Source: Nitrososphaerota archaeon (GTDB lineage Archaea; Thermoproteota; Nitrososphaeria_A; Caldarchaeales; Calditenuaceae). From it: DNA of 24,000 bases. Below the pieces are notes generated by a model that did not search any database, was not told the origin of the DNA, and saw nothing but the letters and a program-made list of their open reading frames with translations. Numbering within the stretch: the stretch's first letter is position 1; every line of letters begins with the position of its first letter. The stretch covers positions 9,000 to 32,999 of the forward strand of contig JAVQSZ010000001.1 of NCBI GenBank assembly GCA_033581555.1, written 5' to 3'. Of the stretch, positions 9,531 through 16,844 are shown in pieces. A program made the translations under genes and the position numbers.

Positions 9531-9621
9531 CGGGCCCGGTGGGAATCGAACCCACGACCTTCCGGTCTCAGTGACCGCTCGAGCCTAACAGCCGGGCGCT
9601 CTACCGCTGAGCTACGGGCCC
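9531..9621 (-). tRNA. tRNA-Asn (anticodon GTT) with intron at canonical position 37/38
   Basis: GGGCCCG TA GCTC AGCGGTA GAGC G CCCGG CTGTTA [intron] A CCGGA AGGTC GTGGG TTCGATT CCCAC CGGGCCC G; acceptor and T stems perfect; no encoded CCA. Confidence 0.93.
9567..9585 (-). other. 19-nt tRNA-Asn intron
   Basis: Intron GGCTCGAGCGGTCACTGAG. Folds as bulge-helix-bulge: 3-nt bulge UA|G, 4-nt central helix CUGU/ACUG (one U-U mismatch), 3-nt bulge AG|A, outer helix CCGG/CCGG; removal restores a 7-nt loop CTGTTAA. Confidence 0.85.
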
Positions 9622-9643
9622 GGCGATGAAATCGACGATTACG

Positions 9644-9650
9644 TCTTAAA
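9644..9650 (-). promoter_or_regulatory. TATA-like box for tRNA-Asn
   Basis: TTTAAGA on the minus strand, 23-29 nt upstream of the tRNA 5' end, the expected archaeal spacing. Confidence 0.6.
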
Positions 9651-9660
9651 CGTAATCGTG

Positions 9661-9771
9661 AGGGGGCGTTAGCACGGGACGAATCGCGTGACTCCTCGAA
9701 CTACTCGCGGTCGAAATCGCGAGGCGCTGAGCAAGGCGCGTCGACTTCGGTCCCGCACCTACGGCCCCCCT
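9661..9771. ncRNA. Candidate structured RNA or other structured element (unassigned, strand unknown)
   Basis: Nested inverted repeats: 9661-9669 AGGGGGCGT with 9761-9771 ACGGCCCCCCT; 9675-9683 CGGGACGAA with 9746-9755 TTCGGTCCCG; hairpin 9704-9709 CTCGCG / 9718-9723 CGCGAG; hairpin 9724-9727 GCGC / 9736-9739 GCGC. Confidence 0.35.
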
Positions 9772-10007
9772 TCCGGCTCCGAGATCTGACTGAGCAACCC
9801 ATTCGATCACCCCACGGCGCGCTAGGATCGCGACATCACCGTTGCAGCGGTTCGCCGCACTTCATCTCGTGACGACAGCCGACGCAGAAATTAGCCGAAG
9901 TTACTCTGTTCGCCCTCGTTCGGTACTCGCGCGGCTCTTATGTCCTCACTTGGCCGGGAAGAACGGCTCTAGGTGTCCGACGGACGGGAGGCCCCTATCG
10001 CAGACAC

Positions 10008-10016
10008 CTTTTAGTT
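10008..10016 (+). promoter_or_regulatory. TATA-like box upstream of proteasome beta gene
   Basis: CTTTTAGTT about 24-32 nt before the ATG at 10040. Confidence 0.45.
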
Positions 10017-10039
10017 ACAGTGCAGCAGACGACTGAGCG

Positions 10040-10714
10040 ATGCCGAGCCTCAGTGCGAACGCCGGACTGCAGACGCTGAAGACCGGGACGACGACGCTCG
10101 CCTTCACGGTGAACGACCTCGTGGTCTTCGCGACCGACACGAGGGCCACCGCGGGCTTCTTCATCGCCCACAAGCGCGCCAAGAAGATCCACAAGGTGGC
10201 AGACAACATGGCCATGACTATAGCTGGAAGGGTTGCGGACGCTCAGGCCCTGGTCGACCTGCTGAGGGCGAACGTCAGGCACTACCAGGTCGTCCACGGC
10301 AAGCAGATGCAGGTGAGGGCCGCGGCGACGCTCCTCTCGACCTACATGTTCTACTACAGGTTCTTCCCCTATCAGACCCAGCTCCTGATCGGGGGCTACG
10401 ACGAGACCGGGCCCCACATCTTCAACATCGATCCGCTGGGCGGGATAACCGATGAGAGGGTCGTCAGCACCGGCTCGGGCTCCCCGATCGCGCTGGGCGT
10501 CCTCGAGTCCGAGTTCAGGGACGGGATGGGCCTCGACGAGGCGATCGAGCTGGCGTACAAGGCGGTCGCGGTCGCGATAAGGAGGGACATAGGGAGCGGG
10601 GACAGTATCGAGGTCGCCTACATCTCTCCGGCCACGGGGTACGTGGAGCTCTCCCAGCCCGAGAAGAGGAGGCTATTCGAGAAGTACGTCAGGCCCTACC
10701 TGGTCGCGCCCTAG
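10040..10714 (+). CDS. psmB: Proteasome beta subunit family protein (Ntn hydrolase)
   Basis: Short propeptide then TGTTTLAFTVNDLVVFATDTRATAGFFIAHKRAKKIHKV; catalytic Thr context, G-S-G-S-P-I-A motif, 224 aa. Confidence 0.92.
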   Translation: MPSLSANAGLQTLKTGTTTLAFTVNDLVVFATDTRATAGFFIAHKRAKKIHKVADNMAMTIAGRVADAQALVDLLRANVRHYQVVHGKQMQVRAAATLLSTYMFYYRFFPYQTQLLIGGYDETGPHIFNIDPLGGITDERVVSTGSGSPIALGVLESEFRDGMGLDEAIELAYKAVAVAIRRDIGSGDSIEVAYISPATGYVELSQPEKRRLFEKYVRPYLVAP

Positions 10715-11159
10715 CGGGAGAGTAGGACCGCGACGTCGGCCTCGGTCAGCGGCTTCAGGCCTCCCTGGAAGTACACGTACCACCTTGAGGGCTCGCCGAC
10801 GAAGCTCAGCCTCCCAACGTAGTCCATCAGGTCCTTCGGCTGGGGCCAGAGCCTCCCCTCGATCGTGAGGTAGTGTGTGAGCGCCGAGGACGGGGGCCCT
10901 CGACCAGCGCCGCCCGCGCGGCGTCGACCGGATGAGGCCCGCCGACTATTTTGCAGTCCCCGAGAAACTCCTTCCTCTCCTTTCCGAGCGCGAGCATTAT
11001 CCCGAGGTCTCCCGGGCTGACCTTCCTGAGGTAGGGGTTCCTGTAGGAGACGAACCATATGCCGTTCGCGACCCTCCTCTCGACGATCGCCCTCGCGGGG
11101 ATGGGCTTGCCATCGCGTCCCCTGTGGTCCTTCGCGGTCATCAGCCAGTAGTTGACCAC
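10711..11159 (-). pseudogene. EVE/PUA-like domain protein split by a frameshift (two overlapping frames)
   Basis: Frame A from GTG 11159: VVNYWLMTAKDHRGRDGKPIPARAIVERRVANGIWFVSYRNPYLRKVSPGDLGIMLALGKERKEFLGDCKIVGGPHPVDAARAALVEGP; frame B continues PPSSALTHYLTIEGRLWPQPKDLMDYVGRLSFVGEPSRWYVYFQGGLKPLTEADVAVLLSR to the stop at 10711. Adding one base in the G5 run 10892-10896 joins them. Confidence 0.7.
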
Positions 11160-11181
11160 GCCATCGGCCCTTCAGGAACCG

Positions 11182-11189
11182 ATAAAAGT
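11182..11189 (-). promoter_or_regulatory. TATA-like box for the EVE-like gene
   Basis: Minus-strand CTTTTATC in GACTTTTATCGG, about 25 nt upstream of GTG 11159; consistent with a leaderless transcript. Confidence 0.45.
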
Positions 11190-11220
11190 CTTGCCGCGAG
11201 AGCTCCTCAGGTCCAAGGGG

Positions 11221-11847
11221 TCACCGCTTGCTGAACCTGACCGCCTCCTCGATGAGGGCCTCGTGGAACGCCGTGTCGCCGGAGAGCTCCGGGTGGAAGG
11301 TCGTCCCGTAGATAGGGCCCTGCCTGACCGCGACCGGCCTCTCCTGGTACCTCGCGAGCACTTCAACCTCCGGCCCCACCTCGACGATCGATGGAGCCCT
11401 GATGAAGACCGCCCTGAAGCCCTCCCTTCCGAGCTTGGGCACCGTTATCTGGACCTCGAAGGAGTCCCTCTGCCTGCCGTAGGAGTTCCGCTCGACCGTG
11501 ACGTCGAGGACCCCGAGGATCGGCTGCCGCGTCTCGCCGACGACCCTGTCATAGACCCTGCTCGCGAGGAAGATCAGGCCTGCGCAGGTCCCGAGGACCG
11601 GGAGGCCCTCGAGGATCCTCCTCCTGAGGACGTCCAGGGACCTCGACCGCTGGGCGAGCCTGCCCATCACCGTGCTCTCGCCTCCCGGGATGACGACCGC
11701 GTCGAGCTGCTCGATCTCCTCCGGGAGCTTCGCGGTCACCACCTCGCCCTTCACATTGAGCCTCCTCATAGCCTCCCTCAGCGCGAGCAGGTGCTCCTCT
11801 ACGTCGCCCTGGAAGGTCGTGACGCCCACCTTGACCTGGTAGGCCAT
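11221..11847 (-). CDS. pdxT: Pyridoxal 5'-phosphate synthase glutaminase subunit
   Basis: KVGVTTFQGDVEEHLLALREA, AVVIPGGESTVMGRLA, PVLGTCAGLIFLA, TTFHPELSGD; start ATG at 11847, not the extended ORF from 12276. Confidence 0.93.
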   Translation of the reverse strand: MAYQVKVGVTTFQGDVEEHLLALREAMRRLNVKGEVVTAKLPEEIEQLDAVVIPGGESTVMGRLAQRSRSLDVLRRRILEGLPVLGTCAGLIFLASRVYDRVVGETRQPILGVLDVTVERNSYGRQRDSFEVQITVPKLGREGFRAVFIRAPSIVEVGPEVEVLARYQERPVAVRQGPIYGTTFHPELSGDTAFHEALIEEAVRFSKR

Positions 11848-11999
11848 TAGAGCAACACCTGGACATATGGAGTCCCTCGAGGTAAAAACGGTTGAGCCCC
11901 GCACCCCGCCCCACCGAGGCTGAGTTGGTGCAAAAGAGGTCAACGGAAAAAAGGATCGGGGTTCTAGCGACTCACGCGACGGCTGCGGGCGCTCGATGC

Positions 12000-12680
12000 T
12001 CACTTCGCCCTCGCGAGGGCTGCGACCTTCCTCTCGGTCCCGACGACCCTGCGGAGCGACCTCACGACCTCCTCCAGCCTTTCGGCTGGGATGAAGGCGA
12101 CCAGCTCGTCGGGGCCGTAGCCCGCCCTCGTCCTGCTCGCGGTGCACCCCATGCTGATCACGGTCCTCTTCTCGTTCAGGGCCTTCGCCATCGCCGCACA
12201 CGCGGGCTTCCCGACGATCGCGTGGTCGGTCGCGGTCATCAGGAAGAGCGCCTGCTCCGCGTTGCAGAAAAGGCAACAGACGTCGGGCTCGAATTCGACC
12301 TCCCTCATGGGCCCGTAGGAGACGGTGTTGCTGCCGTGGACGTAGGACGGGAGACCCGCGACTTCCTCCTTCGTCACCCAGCCCAGCTCTAGGAACGCCT
12401 CGACGTCCTCCAGCCCGCAGCCCGGAGCTATCTCCTCATGCCTCCTGAATCCGTGCGTCACCGAGCCTATGCTGCAGTTCATGTGCTGCTCCTTCGAGGT
12501 CGCGAAGGACTTGTTCAAGGCCTGAGTCCAGAAGACGCAGCTCGCGGAGACGGTGCCGTCGAACCTGTTCAGCCCCCTCTTGCTATCCTCCCTGAATGAG
12601 ATCGCTACCAGCGGCCTCTCGAGGTTCAGCATCTGCTCGAGCTCCTTCGCAATCTCCCTGTGGTCCATCGCGCCCGGCAA
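12000..12680 (-). CDS. DUF169 family protein
   Basis: RPLVAISFREDS, CVFWTQALNKSFATSKEQHMNCSIGSVTHGF and Cys-rich VCCLFCNAEQALFL...GKPACAAM, typical DUF169 layout; 226 aa. Confidence 0.8.
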   Translation of the reverse strand: MPGAMDHREIAKELEQMLNLERPLVAISFREDSKRGLNRFDGTVSASCVFWTQALNKSFATSKEQHMNCSIGSVTHGFRRHEEIAPGCGLEDVEAFLELGWVTKEEVAGLPSYVHGSNTVSYGPMREVEFEPDVCCLFCNAEQALFLMTATDHAIVGKPACAAMAKALNEKRTVISMGCTASRTRAGYGPDELVAFIPAERLEEVVRSLRRVVGTERKVAALARAK

Positions 12681-12774
12681 ATTTTAGGCGCTACCTAAAA
12701 TACGTTCTCGGGACGAACCGCTCTCGAACCTCAGCGACCCTAGACCCGCGGTGATTCGTCCTCGCGTTCATCGA

Positions 12775-12849
12775 CGGGCCCGCCGGGACTCGAACCCGGG
12801 ACCTCCGGCTCCGGAGGCCGGCGCCCTGTCCATGCTAGGCCACGGGCCC
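12775..12849 (-). tRNA. tRNA-Arg (anticodon CCG)
   Basis: GGGCCCG TG GCCT AGCATGGACA GGGC G CCGGC CTCCGGA GCCGG AGGTC CCGGG TTCGAGT CCCGG CGGGCCC G; full cloverleaf, no intron, no encoded CCA. Confidence 0.95.
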
Positions 12850-12919
12850 TCCTCCACAGCTCCCGCGGATCTCTTGAACCTTCTCCGGCGGGTCGGCGCG
12901 AAGGGCCACGTTCGCCTCC

Positions 12920-13489
12920 TCAGGGCCTCACCAGCTCGAGCCGGTAAGTGAGTACTCCCCTCCTCAGGGACCCAACTTCGTACCCCAGCTCCGAGCCCAG
13001 CTCGAGTACCTCGTCCGCGACTGTCCCGTGCCCCGCGAACCTGCTCTTGATCGGCTCGTAGACGAAGAGCCTCCCTCCCCTCTTCAACCTCCTCCAGGCC
13101 TCTTCGAGCGACTCGCGGACCCTCTCGAAGTGGTGAAGGCTGTAGAGCATTACCGCCACGTCGACGCCCTCCCGCGGCACCCCGTCGAGCCTCCAGGCCT
13201 CGGACCTGATCGGCCTCAGGTTCTTGAGCCCCATCACCTCGGCCTTCCTCGCGAGCCTCATGACTTTGCGTTCGTCGTTATCGACCGCGTAGACGAGCCC
13301 CGTGGACCCGACCGTCTTCGCCGCTGGGATCGAGAGGTAACCGTACCCGCAACCGACGTCCAGGAGCACCATCCCCTCCCTCACGCCTATCTCCCCGAGG
13401 AGCTTCTCCGGGCCTTGGAGCGCCCTCCTCAGCCCGTTCTCGAGGACCACCTCCTCGACCCACTTCGCGGAGTTGACGAGCCAGGTCAT
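12920..13489 (-). CDS. Class I SAM-dependent methyltransferase
   Basis: GMVLLDVGCGYGYLSIPAAKTVGSTGLVYAVDND (motif I), YSLHHFERVRESLEEAWRRLKRGGRLFVYEP. Confidence 0.85.
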   Translation of the reverse strand: MTWLVNSAKWVEEVVLENGLRRALQGPEKLLGEIGVREGMVLLDVGCGYGYLSIPAAKTVGSTGLVYAVDNDERKVMRLARKAEVMGLKNLRPIRSEAWRLDGVPREGVDVAVMLYSLHHFERVRESLEEAWRRLKRGGRLFVYEPIKSRFAGHGTVADEVLELGSELGYEVGSLRRGVLTYRLELVRP

Positions 13490-13574
13490 CTGAACGATCC
13501 CATAGGAGGTCAGTGATTACCCGAACTCAGCTACTCGCACCGACGGCCCAGAGGTCCGCGTCGCGTCCCGGGAG

Positions 13575-13982
13575 CTACGAGATGGCCGGTCTGTACTTGA
13601 ACCCGTAGACGATGATCCCCGCGTCGCCGTCGTGGGCGATCTTCCTCACGACCCTCTCCACCGTCGTCCCGGGCCTGAGCTCTTCGGGGTCAGCGTCGGT
13701 TATCGGCGTCACGACCCTCGTCCCGTCCTCGAACTCGACGAGCCCGACCACGTAGGGCGCCAGCTCCTTGTGTTCCTCCGTGGGGGACCTCACCACCGTG
13801 AACGCGACTAGCCTCCCCCTCTCGGGGAGCTCCTCCCTCAAGAGGTTCCTCGACCTGCACCTCCTGCAGACGGTCCTCGACGTCGTGTTCACGGTCCCGC
13901 AGTTCGCGCACCTCAGGACCTCCGCCCTGTACCTGAACCTCCTGTGCCTCCAGTGGTTTTGGGGCCTGAAGTCGAACCTCAA
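13575..13982 (-). CDS. DUF35 Zn-ribbon / OB-fold protein (acyl-CoA-binding scaffold of the thiolase-HMG-CoA synthase complex)
   Basis: LRCANCGTVNTTSRTVCRRCRSRNL zinc ribbon followed by OB-fold (GRLVAFTVV...YVVGLVEFEDGTRVVTPITDAD); 4-bp overlap with the thiolase gene. Confidence 0.9.
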   Translation of the reverse strand: MRFDFRPQNHWRHRRFRYRAEVLRCANCGTVNTTSRTVCRRCRSRNLLREELPERGRLVAFTVVRSPTEEHKELAPYVVGLVEFEDGTRVVTPITDADPEELRPGTTVERVVRKIAHDGDAGIIVYGFKYRPAIS

Positions 13983-15145
13983 TCCTGATCACCCGCGAGA
14001 AGGACCGCAGTCCCGGCCAGCGCGCCGAAACCCGAGACAGAGATCACGGCACCTGCCCTCGCGTTGTCGACCTGCCTCTTCCCGGCCCTCCCGGTCAGCT
14101 GCATGTAGACCTCAGCGACCTGATAGAGCGCGGTGGCCCCGATCGGGTGTCCCCTCGCCTTGAGGCCTCCGAAGGCGTTGATCGGGAGGTCCCCGCCGAG
14201 CTCGTACTTCCCGGACTTCAGGTCCTGGCCGCTCTCGGACCTCCTCGAGAACCCCCCACTCTCGAGTATCAGGGGCACCATGACCGAGAAGGAGTCGTGG
14301 AGCTCCAGGACGTCCAAATCCCCCCTCGAGATCCCGCTCCTGAGAAGGGCCTCATCGACCGAGAGCGCGACCGACGTCATGAAGAGCGGGTCCTCCCTGT
14401 CGAATGGCGAGACGTAGTCGGTCCTCAGGCTGATACCGCCTATCCTGACCGCCTGACCGGACGCCCGCTTCCTCTCAGCGTCCCCCGAAGCCAGGACCAC
14501 CGCCGCCGCGCCGTCTCCGGGCGCGAAGCACTCAAGCCTCCTGAGCGGCGGCGCTACCTCCGGCGACCCGAGGACGTCCTCGAGCCTCACCTTGAACGGG
14601 AACTGCGCGTGACCCACGCCTTCCGCATTGCTGTGCATCAAGACCGGGAACTGGGCGACGAGCTCCTGCGGCATCTCGTACCTCTCGAGGTAAGTCCTGT
14701 AAAGGAGGGCCGCGACCGAAGCGGGCGTTATTCCCGCGTACCCTATCGTCTCGTAGGGGAGCGTCATCGAGTGGACAGAGTTGAACTCGTCCGGGAGCAG
14801 GTCGGAGAGCTTCTCGCCCCCGACGACCAGCGCGAAGTCCGCGAGGCCCGATGCGACCGCAGCGTAGGCCTCCATTAGCGCCGCCAGCCCAGAGGCTTCG
14901 CCTCCTTCGACCCTAACTCCGTAGACGCTTCTGAGGCCGAGCGCCTCCGCGACCAGCGCGGAGATCCCGGCCTGGTTGGACGTGACCTCACAGAAGGAGC
15001 ACGCTACGTAGACGCCGTCGACCCTCTCGACCCCCGCGTCCTCGATCGCAGCGAGGGAGGCCTCGGCCATTAGGTCGGTGAGCGACTTGTCCCAGTGCTC
15101 GCCAACCTTCGTGTACCCCACGCCGACGACGTGGACGCTCCTCAT
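13979..15145 (-). CDS. Archaeal thiolase (acetyl-CoA C-acetyltransferase family)
   Basis: VYVACSFCEVTSNQAGISALVAEALGLRSVYGVRVEGGEASGLAALMEAYAAV, LHDSFSVM, GGDLPINAFGGLKARGHPIGATALYQVAEV. Confidence 0.92.
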   Translation of the reverse strand: MRSVHVVGVGYTKVGEHWDKSLTDLMAEASLAAIEDAGVERVDGVYVACSFCEVTSNQAGISALVAEALGLRSVYGVRVEGGEASGLAALMEAYAAVASGLADFALVVGGEKLSDLLPDEFNSVHSMTLPYETIGYAGITPASVAALLYRTYLERYEMPQELVAQFPVLMHSNAEGVGHAQFPFKVRLEDVLGSPEVAPPLRRLECFAPGDGAAAVVLASGDAERKRASGQAVRIGGISLRTDYVSPFDREDPLFMTSVALSVDEALLRSGISRGDLDVLELHDSFSVMVPLILESGGFSRRSESGQDLKSGKYELGGDLPINAFGGLKARGHPIGATALYQVAEVYMQLTGRAGKRQVDNARAGAVISVSGFGALAGTAVLLAGDQD

Positions 15146-15148
15146 CCC

Positions 15149-16198
15149 TCAGGCACCGCGGATCTTGTCCCTGTGCCGCAGATAGGTGGCGTAATCGACG
15201 TACTTCGCCCTCTTGATCAGCGCCTCGAGCAGCGGCGCCCTCGGCCTCCTTTCGAGCAGCCCCTCCTTCGTCTCGATCAGGAAGGAGTCGCTCCCCGCTC
15301 CGGAGCCGAACGACGTGAGGACGATCCGCTGACCGGGCTTGGCGGCGTCGAGGACCCTCACCAGCCCCATCATCGAGCTAGCGGCGTAGGTGTTCCCGAT
15401 CAGGTGCGTCACCACCCCGAGCTCGACCTTCTCCTTCGGGACCCCGAGGACCTTTGCCGCAGCGAACGGGAACTTGTAGTTCGGCTGGTGGAAGACGAAG
15501 TAGTCGACGTCGGAGACCTTCAGCCCCGCCTCCTCAAGGAGCCCCTTCACCGCGGAGAGGGTGTGGTGGAAGTACGCAGGCTCGCCGGTGAACCTGAAGG
15601 TGTGGGAGGGGTAGCGCTCGTGGGCCCTCCTCCAGAAGTCGGGCGTGTCGGTGACGTAGCTCCTGGCGTACTCTATCGTCGCGACCTCACCGTTGCCAGC
15701 CCTCCCCACTACGAAGGCGGCCGCACCCGCGGCGGCGGTGAACTCGAGCGCGTCGCCGGGCCTGCCCTGGGCCGTGTCGGCCCCGATCGCGAGGCCTGCC
15801 TTGATGATGCCCGCCGAGACCAGCCCCGAGATCATCTGGAGGGCCTCGGTCCCCGCCTTGCAGGCGAACTCCAGGTCGGCAGCGAGGTGGTTGGGAGGGA
15901 TGCCCAGCGCCTCGGCCACCACGGTCCCGGAGGGCTTCACCGCGTAGGGATGGGACTCGGAGCCGACGTTGACGGCCCCTATCTCCGAAGCGTCGATCCC
16001 GGCCCTCCTCATCGCGTACCTCGCGGCCTCGATCGCCATCGTGATCGCGTCCTCGTCGAGCTCGTTGACCGACTTCTCCCTCACCGGGAGCGCGTCCTCC
16101 TCCCTACCCCAGACCCTCGCGATCTCCGCCGCCTTTATCCTCAGCCTCGGGACGTAGCCTCCGTATCCCAGTATCGCGACGTCCCTTATCCGGGCCAA
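15149..16198 (-). CDS. Hydroxymethylglutaryl-CoA synthase (archaeal)
   Basis: 349 aa; GVNVGSESHPYAVKPSGTVVAEALG, ADLEFACKAGTEALQMISGLV (Cys), YFVFHQPNYKFPFAAAKVLG, VLTSFGSGAGSDSFLIE; co-directional and adjacent to thiolase and DUF35. Confidence 0.94.
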   Translation of the reverse strand: MARIRDVAILGYGGYVPRLRIKAAEIARVWGREEDALPVREKSVNELDEDAITMAIEAARYAMRRAGIDASEIGAVNVGSESHPYAVKPSGTVVAEALGIPPNHLAADLEFACKAGTEALQMISGLVSAGIIKAGLAIGADTAQGRPGDALEFTAAAGAAAFVVGRAGNGEVATIEYARSYVTDTPDFWRRAHERYPSHTFRFTGEPAYFHHTLSAVKGLLEEAGLKVSDVDYFVFHQPNYKFPFAAAKVLGVPKEKVELGVVTHLIGNTYAASSMMGLVRVLDAAKPGQRIVLTSFGSGAGSDSFLIETKEGLLERRPRAPLLEALIKRAKYVDYATYLRHRDKIRGA

Positions 16199-16299
16199 CT
16201 CTCCAGAGAGCGATCCGATCGGGATAAAAACTTGCCTAAATTGGTGTTAGGCAATCGATTATCTCCCCGAGCTAAATAACGGGAAGCGGGAGGGACCGC

Positions 16300-16749
16300 G
16301 TGCCGGCGTTGGACGAGAGGGACGTCAAGATCCTCGAGGCGCTGAGGAGGGACGCCAGGAAGACTTTCACCGACCTGGCCAGCGAGCTGAACCTCCCGAG
16401 GACGACGGTCCAGGAGAGGGTCAGGAGGCTGATCGAGGAGGGCTACATCAGGTCCTTCACCGCGATACCGGACTACTCGAAGATCGGGAGCGGGACGACC
16501 GCGTTCGTCCTGGTCTCCTTCGCGCCGACGATGGACGTCTCCCAGCGGGAGCTCGCGGCCCAGATCGCCAAGTTCCCCGAGGTCTTCGAGGTCCACCTCG
16601 TCAGCGGTCAGTGGGACATGATCCTGAAGGTGAGGGGCTCTTCGGTCGAGGACGTCGGCAAGCTGGTGATAGACAGGCTCAGGCCGTTGAAGAACGTCGC
16701 CAGGACCGAGACCTGCTTCGTCTTCGAGACGGTGAAGGAGCAGCCCTGA
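16300..16749 (+). CDS. Lrp/AsnC family transcriptional regulator
   Basis: LDERDVKILEALRRDARKTFTDLASELNLPRTTVQERVRRLIEEGYI plus RAM-like ligand domain; GTG start. Confidence 0.92.
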   Translation: MPALDERDVKILEALRRDARKTFTDLASELNLPRTTVQERVRRLIEEGYIRSFTAIPDYSKIGSGTTAFVLVSFAPTMDVSQRELAAQIAKFPEVFEVHLVSGQWDMILKVRGSSVEDVGKLVIDRLRPLKNVARTETCFVFETVKEQP

Positions 16750-16802
16750 CGTCCCTGTCCCGATCCGACCTCCGAGATCCCCGACGCCCTGTCTTTCAAT
16801 AC

Positions 16803-16814
16803 GCTTAAATAAGG
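16803..16814 (+). promoter_or_regulatory. TATA-like box upstream of the membrane/RING-like gene
   Basis: GCTTAAATAAGG-type element about 30-40 nt upstream of ATG 16845. Confidence 0.5.
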
Positions 16815-16844
16815 TCGAGGAGCAGCTCCGCCAGGCGGTTCGTC

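Noticed and set aside
9842-10036. 64-aa plus-strand ORF in the proteasome upstream gap
   Set aside because: No motif, no convincing start context, and overlaps the proteasome promoter; more likely non-coding.
11152-11850. 232-aa plus-strand ORF opposite pdxT
   Set aside because: Antisense frame of a clear PdxT gene; Arg/Asp/Pro-rich composition typical of shadow ORFs in high-GC DNA.
12775-12849. Possible intron in tRNA-Arg
   Set aside because: The cloverleaf closes perfectly with a 7-nt anticodon loop CTCCGGA, so no intron is needed.
15095-16279. 394-aa plus-strand ORF opposite HMG-CoA synthase
   Set aside because: Long only because of codon-position GC bias; the minus-strand frame carries all conserved motifs.
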